Source of the DNA: an uncultured Gammaproteobacteria bacterium
GTDB taxonomy: Bacteria > Patescibacteriota > Patescibacteriia > Buchananbacterales > UBA6539
Assembly (NCBI GenBank): GCA_964535715.1
Contig: CAZHUO010000001.1
Span: 31,696-95,695, forward strand
DNA length: 64,000 nt
Reading direction: 5' to 3'
Each line of letters opens with the position of its first letter. Position 1 is the stretch's first letter. The notes under the pieces were generated by a model. It did no database searches. It saw only the letters and a program-made list of their open reading frames with translations, and was not told where the DNA came from. Positions 60,426 to 64,000 of the stretch are shown one piece after another. A program made the translations under genes and the position numbers.

Positions 60426-60676
60426 ACTTAAAGGAGTAGGAACGATTTTATTCGTTTCCAGGAAACAGCCCTGTTCCTGCTCAAATATGAGCTACTCCAA
60501 CCCCAACCGAAATGATAAAGATAAGATATTATATTACGAATGTTTTGTCAAGTATTTTAAGAAAAAAGCGAGCAGATGTCTTTTTGACAAACAACTCGCC
60601 CGTCTGCTGATTAGTTTGAATCAGCTGCTCATTTCCTTGAAATTGACAAGCATCATAGGCGTCTAATATTAAAGAA

Positions 60677-61927
60677 CTAGATTTTTTTCATTGCACCCCC
60701 GATATGCATGCCTTTTGGAACGACAATTATGTTATTTTCTTTAAGGACAATACCGGGGTATTGCTCGGCTTCAGCTTCGGGATTTTGACCAAGTATGACG
60801 CCGTCGCCAAACGAGGCTGATTTGTCAGCAATAACCCGGTGCAGACTTACTCCTATTCCAACTTGAACTTTGTCAAAAAGGACTGAATCATTAATTAGAC
60901 TGTATTGAGCCACTTTGGTGCGAGTTGAAAGAACCGAGGAGGATACACTGCCGGCAATAATGCTGCCTGAGCATATTACGGCATCATGAATACTGCAACC
61001 GTTTATGCCTTTAAGCGGGGCAAAGTCGCGTGACAGATGATATATCGGCCATTTTTCGTTATACATGTTAAATGCCGGCTTTGGACCCACTAAGTCCATA
61101 TTGCCTTTCCAAAGAGTATCAATAGTTCCAACATCAAGCCAGTAATCGTCATGTTCGAATAGCGCGACTGAATAATCTGAACTGGCAATGACATGGGGAA
61201 TGACATGCTTGCCAAAATCATCGCCCGGATAGTCAGCCAAAAGATTTTTTAGCCTGTCAATGCTCACTATATAAATGCCAAGATTTGCCAGGGCATAGTT
61301 AGTGCCGGGAACCAGGGGCGGATCTGACGGCTTTTCAACAAAGTCAATAGTTTTACCTTGACTGTCCACAATAAAGACTCCAAGTTCCTTGGCATCTTCA
61401 GCCGGTATTTTTTTGACAACCACTGTCATTGCCGCGCCTTGTCTTTTGTGAAGTTCAATTAAAGGACCGTAATCCATCTGATATATGTGATCGCCGGATG
61501 CAACCAGCATATATTTATAACCTTTTTCGAGTAGATAGGCGCTTTTTTTTATTGCATCAAAGGTGCCGGAGAAAAGTCCATCCTCGCCATGATGAAGCAG
61601 CGGAGTGATTTGGCCATCAATTGCCGTACCAAGGTCATGGCGCATGAATGTTTTATTCAAATGATGGTTGATTTTATTTGAGTGGATCTGAAGCAAAACA
61701 TCGATTTTGCGAATCGATGGCGTATTGATGCCATTACTGACAACAATATCGATTAAGCAGCGATCCATAAAAGGAACCAGTGGTTTGGGGCGATCTTCCG
61801 CATTTTCTCCGGTTAAAGGATTTAACCTGGTACCTAAGCCGCCAGCTAAAATTACCATTCTTGTGTCGGAAAGCATTTTATATCCTCCATTTTGTATTTG
61901 GTTTTCATTGAACAAAAAATTCAGCAA
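60677..61927 (-). CDS. glgC: Glucose-1-phosphate adenylyltransferase
   Basis: VILAGGLGTRLNPLT nucleotidyl-transferase motif, PKPLVPF, and a left-handed beta-helix C-terminal domain. 416 aa. Confidence 0.8.
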   Translation of the reverse strand: MLNFLFNENQIQNGGYKMLSDTRMVILAGGLGTRLNPLTGENAEDRPKPLVPFMDRCLIDIVVSNGINTPSIRKIDVLLQIHSNKINHHLNKTFMRHDLGTAIDGQITPLLHHGEDGLFSGTFDAIKKSAYLLEKGYKYMLVASGDHIYQMDYGPLIELHKRQGAAMTVVVKKIPAEDAKELGVFIVDSQGKTIDFVEKPSDPPLVPGTNYALANLGIYIVSIDRLKNLLADYPGDDFGKHVIPHVIASSDYSVALFEHDDYWLDVGTIDTLWKGNMDLVGPKPAFNMYNEKWPIYHLSRDFAPLKGINGCSIHDAVICSGSIIAGSVSSSVLSTRTKVAQYSLINDSVLFDKVQVGIGVSLHRVIADKSASFGDGVILGQNPEAEAEQYPGIVLKENNIIVVPKGMHIGGAMKKI

Positions 61928-62303
61928 AATGAATAATGCTGAATAATATATGCTAAGCTATTTTGTTGGATTTGTCAAGACTTTTGGTAAAAAAGTGGGC
62001 GCGACAAATCATGTGGATTGTGTCGCGCCCTGAAATTAGACTTCTAAAGCGGGGTAAGGTTCGTCAATTTGACGAATAGAAAGAAAGCTTTCAGAAGTCA
62101 TAGAATGGGTAATTATTGGGCGCAGCCTGGCTGTCGTCGGTAAAGTGTGCCAGGCTGCGCTATGTGGCACGTTTGCGTGCCAACGCGAAAGGAGCAAAAT
62201 GGTGGGGGCGGACTCAACCGGTTTTGTAGGGGAGAAAAGCAAAAAACCTACATATCCAGGAATCAACGCCCCCATAATAAAAAAGAGCCGAATAAAGATC
62301 TAG

Positions 62304-62375
62304 GAGTGAGGGCGGGAATCGAACCCGCGACTTAGGTAATGGCTTTTCCTTGCTCTACCGCTGAGCTACCTCACT
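62304..62375 (-). tRNA. tRNA-Gly (anticodon GCC) with atypical A33 and one anticodon-stem mismatch
   Basis: Acceptor AGTGAGG pairing with CCTCACT. D-arm TAGCTCAGCGGTAGAGC. Anticodon loop aaGCCat. T-arm GCGGGTTCGATTCCCGC. Confidence 0.6.
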
Positions 62376-62547
62376 CCAGGGCCAAGGCAGGCCAAAAAAT
62401 TTTGTATTTAAAATATAATAGATTATTTATTAATAGTCAAGTTTAACGGGTAATGTAATTAAAAAAGGCGGATTCTTTGATTTCATTTAGGGAGTGGGAG
62501 GGATTTGGTGTAAATCAAAGATTGCGCCGTGGCTTGGATAAAAATGT

Positions 62548-62610
62548 GGCGTAGCCCGGTTTTTTTCTGTTTGTTGGTGTCTGTCTATGTTTTGTCTGTC
62601 GGGCTACGCC
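62548..62610. other. 11-bp-stem hairpin with a T-rich 40-nt loop, upstream of gatC
   Basis: ggcgtagcccgg ... cgggctacgcc. Confidence 0.3.
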
Positions 62611-62684
62611 TATTGGCACCATTGCGGTGCCAGGAGAAAAGGAACAAATCTATGTATTATGTAAAATATCAAACTATTTTAGTC

Positions 62685-62713
62685 TTGTCAAATATAAAAA
62701 AAATCTGTATAAT
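62685..62713 (+). promoter_or_regulatory. Near-consensus sigma70 promoter for gatCA
   Basis: TTGTCA (62685-62690), 17-nt spacer, TATAAT (62708-62713). The ATG lies 15 nt downstream, with an aaagg RBS. Confidence 0.55.
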
Positions 62714-62727
62714 GTAAAGGTGTATTT

Positions 62728-63018
62728 ATGAAGTTATCAAAAGAAGAAGTAAAACATATTGCCCTTTTGGCCAGATTAGGGCTGACTGAAGAGGAAATAG
62801 AAAGATATGCAAACCAAATTTCTTCGATTTTGGATTATGTTGAAATACTTAAAGAAGTAAACACCGATGGCATTGAGCCAACCGCTCAAGTGACCGGGCT
62901 GGAAAATGTTATGCGCGAAGATGTAATGAATAAATCAGATAATGAGACAATGAAAAAATTAATTGAAATGGCTCCGGAACAAGAAGATAATTTGGTTAAG
63001 ACGCGTTCTGTTTTTTAG
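62728..63018 (+). CDS. gatC: Glu/Asp-tRNA amidotransferase subunit C
   Basis: MKLSKEEVKHIALLARLGLTEEEIERYANQISSILDYVEILKEVNTDGIEP is the canonical GatC. Confidence 0.85.
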   Translation: MKLSKEEVKHIALLARLGLTEEEIERYANQISSILDYVEILKEVNTDGIEPTAQVTGLENVMREDVMNKSDNETMKKLIEMAPEQEDNLVKTRSVF

Positions 63019-63077
63019 ATTAATCACTTAATATAAAGTATTGAACACATAACAAATTGTTCGATGCTCCATGTTTC

Positions 63078-64000
63078 ATGAACTTAAACGAACTCACAAT
63101 TAAACAAGCCAATGAAGGTTTAAAGAAAAAAGACTTTAGTTCAGTTGAGCTGACTAAGGTATGTTTAGATAGAATAAAAAAAATTGACAATATTATCGAA
63201 GCTTTCATTACTGTCACTGAAGATGTAGCAATTAAACAGGCTGAAGCTGCCGACAAGCAAGGCGACTTTTCGAATCCCTTGGCCGGAATTCCACATGCGC
63301 CTAAAGATGTTTTTTGTACTAAAGGAATCAGATCAACCGGCGCTTCTAGAATTTTAGAAAATTATATACCGCCCTATGATGCAACGGCAGTAAAAAAAAT
63401 AAACGAAGTCAAGGGAATAACTTTGGGAAAAGTCAATTGCGATGAATTTGCAATGGGCGGTTCCGGCGAGAATTCCGGCTATTTTATTACTAAAAATCCT
63501 TGGGATTTACAGAGAGTCCCGGGCGGAAGCTGCAGCGGATCAGCTGCGGCGGTTTCTTCTGATATGTGCTTTTATTCTTTAGGTACTGATACTGGCGGTT
63601 CAATCCGCCAGCCGGCAGGTTTTTGCGGAATTACCGGATTAAAAGTTACATATGGAAGAGTTTCCCGTTTTGGTGTTATGGCCATGGCGTCTTCGTTGGA
63701 CACAATTGGCCCGATTACCAAAAGCGTTGAAGATGCGGCTATTGTCCTTAAAGCCATTGCTGGAAAAGATAAGTTGGATTCAACCACTCCTGATGTGAAA
63801 GTTGATGATTATGAAATGGAAATGAAAAAGGATATTAAAGGATTGAAAGTCGGCTTGCCAAAAGAATATTTTGTCGACGGCATGGACAAAGAGGTTAAAG
63901 AGATAGTAATGGCTGCCGTTAAAAAATTGGAAGGCCTTGGGGCAAAAATTGTTGATATCAGCTTGCCTTATACCGACAAAGCGGTGGCGGTTTATTATAT
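63078..64000 (+). CDS. gatA: Glu/Asp-tRNA amidotransferase subunit A, 3'-partial (runs off the window)
   Basis: Manual translation MNLNELTIKQANEGL...GIPHAPKDVFCTKGIRSTGASRIL...GGSCSGSAAAVSS...GTDTGGSIRQPA gives the amidase signature with the Ser-cisSer-Lys triad. The frame is open from 63078 to the window end. Confidence 0.9.
   Translation, partial: MNLNELTIKQANEGLKKKDFSSVELTKVCLDRIKKIDNIIEAFITVTEDVAIKQAEAADKQGDFSNPLAGIPHAPKDVFCTKGIRSTGASRILENYIPPYDATAVKKINEVKGITLGKVNCDEFAMGGSGENSGYFITKNPWDLQRVPGGSCSGSAAAVSSDMCFYSLGTDTGGSIRQPAGFCGITGLKVTYGRVSRFGVMAMASSLDTIGPITKSVEDAAIVLKAIAGKDKLDSTTPDVKVDDYEMEMKKDIKGLKVGLPKEYFVDGMDKEVKEIVMAAVKKLEGLGAKIVDISLPYTDKAVAVYY

Noticed and set aside
62036-62300. Possible tmRNA, SRP RNA or RNase P RNA between glgC and tRNA-Gly
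   Set aside because: Strong hairpins are present (gggcgcgaca...tgtcgcgccc; gcgcagcctggc...gccaggctgcgc). None of the hallmark motifs was found: the tmRNA tag-reading frame with tRNA-like ends, SRP domain IV GGAAGCAGCC, or the RNase P P4 GGAAAGTCCGG...ACAGAA motif. Left unannotated.

Overview
Low-GC, AT-rich bacterial fragment. Its gene content looks like a Candidate Phyla Radiation (Patescibacteria-type) genome. That judgement is inference from content only: a type IV pilus locus with no secretin, a VirB4/VirB6-type cluster next to comFC, giant cysteine-rich surface proteins and small selfish elements. Layout:

- (a) 2..10231: one giant cysteine-rich secreted protein of more than 3394 aa, cut at the 5' end by the window edge.
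- (b) 10446..23269: a type IV secretion-like, DNA-uptake-like cluster. It has a VirB6/TrbL-like polytopic protein, a VirB3-like gene, a VirB4 ATPase, a VirB8-like gene and ComFC. Housekeeping metK and a GIY-YIG cassette sit inside it.
- (c) 23488..24560: tRNA-Ser, followed by two tandem copies of a small GIY-YIG mini-element bounded by terminal inverted repeats. Each copy is followed by a duplicated tRNA 3' end. The second copy is broken by a MITE-like insertion.
- (d) 25138..36269: tRNA-Arg, DNA repair and stress genes (recG, mpg, radA, TolB-like, ClpC-like, htpX, lemA).
- (e) 36445..57496: two repeat-rich secreted proteins, then a complete type IV pilus locus. Genes: pilM, pilN/O-like, pilB, a receiver, pilT-like, pilC, two pilins with two GT-C membrane proteins between them, pilD and four minor pilins. 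No secretin is present.
- (f) 57580..64000: ligA, a roughly 750-bp hairpin-dense noncoding island with a duplicated structured unit and a degenerate tRNA-like gene, glgC, tRNA-Gly, gatC and gatA (3' partial).

Recurring noncoding elements:
- A MITE-like family with four copies. Flanks are TTTATT/AATAAA. One insertion is in frame inside a signal peptide.
- Hairpin repeat arrays.
- A (CTACAAG)8 microsatellite.
- Several short motifs shared between promoter regions.
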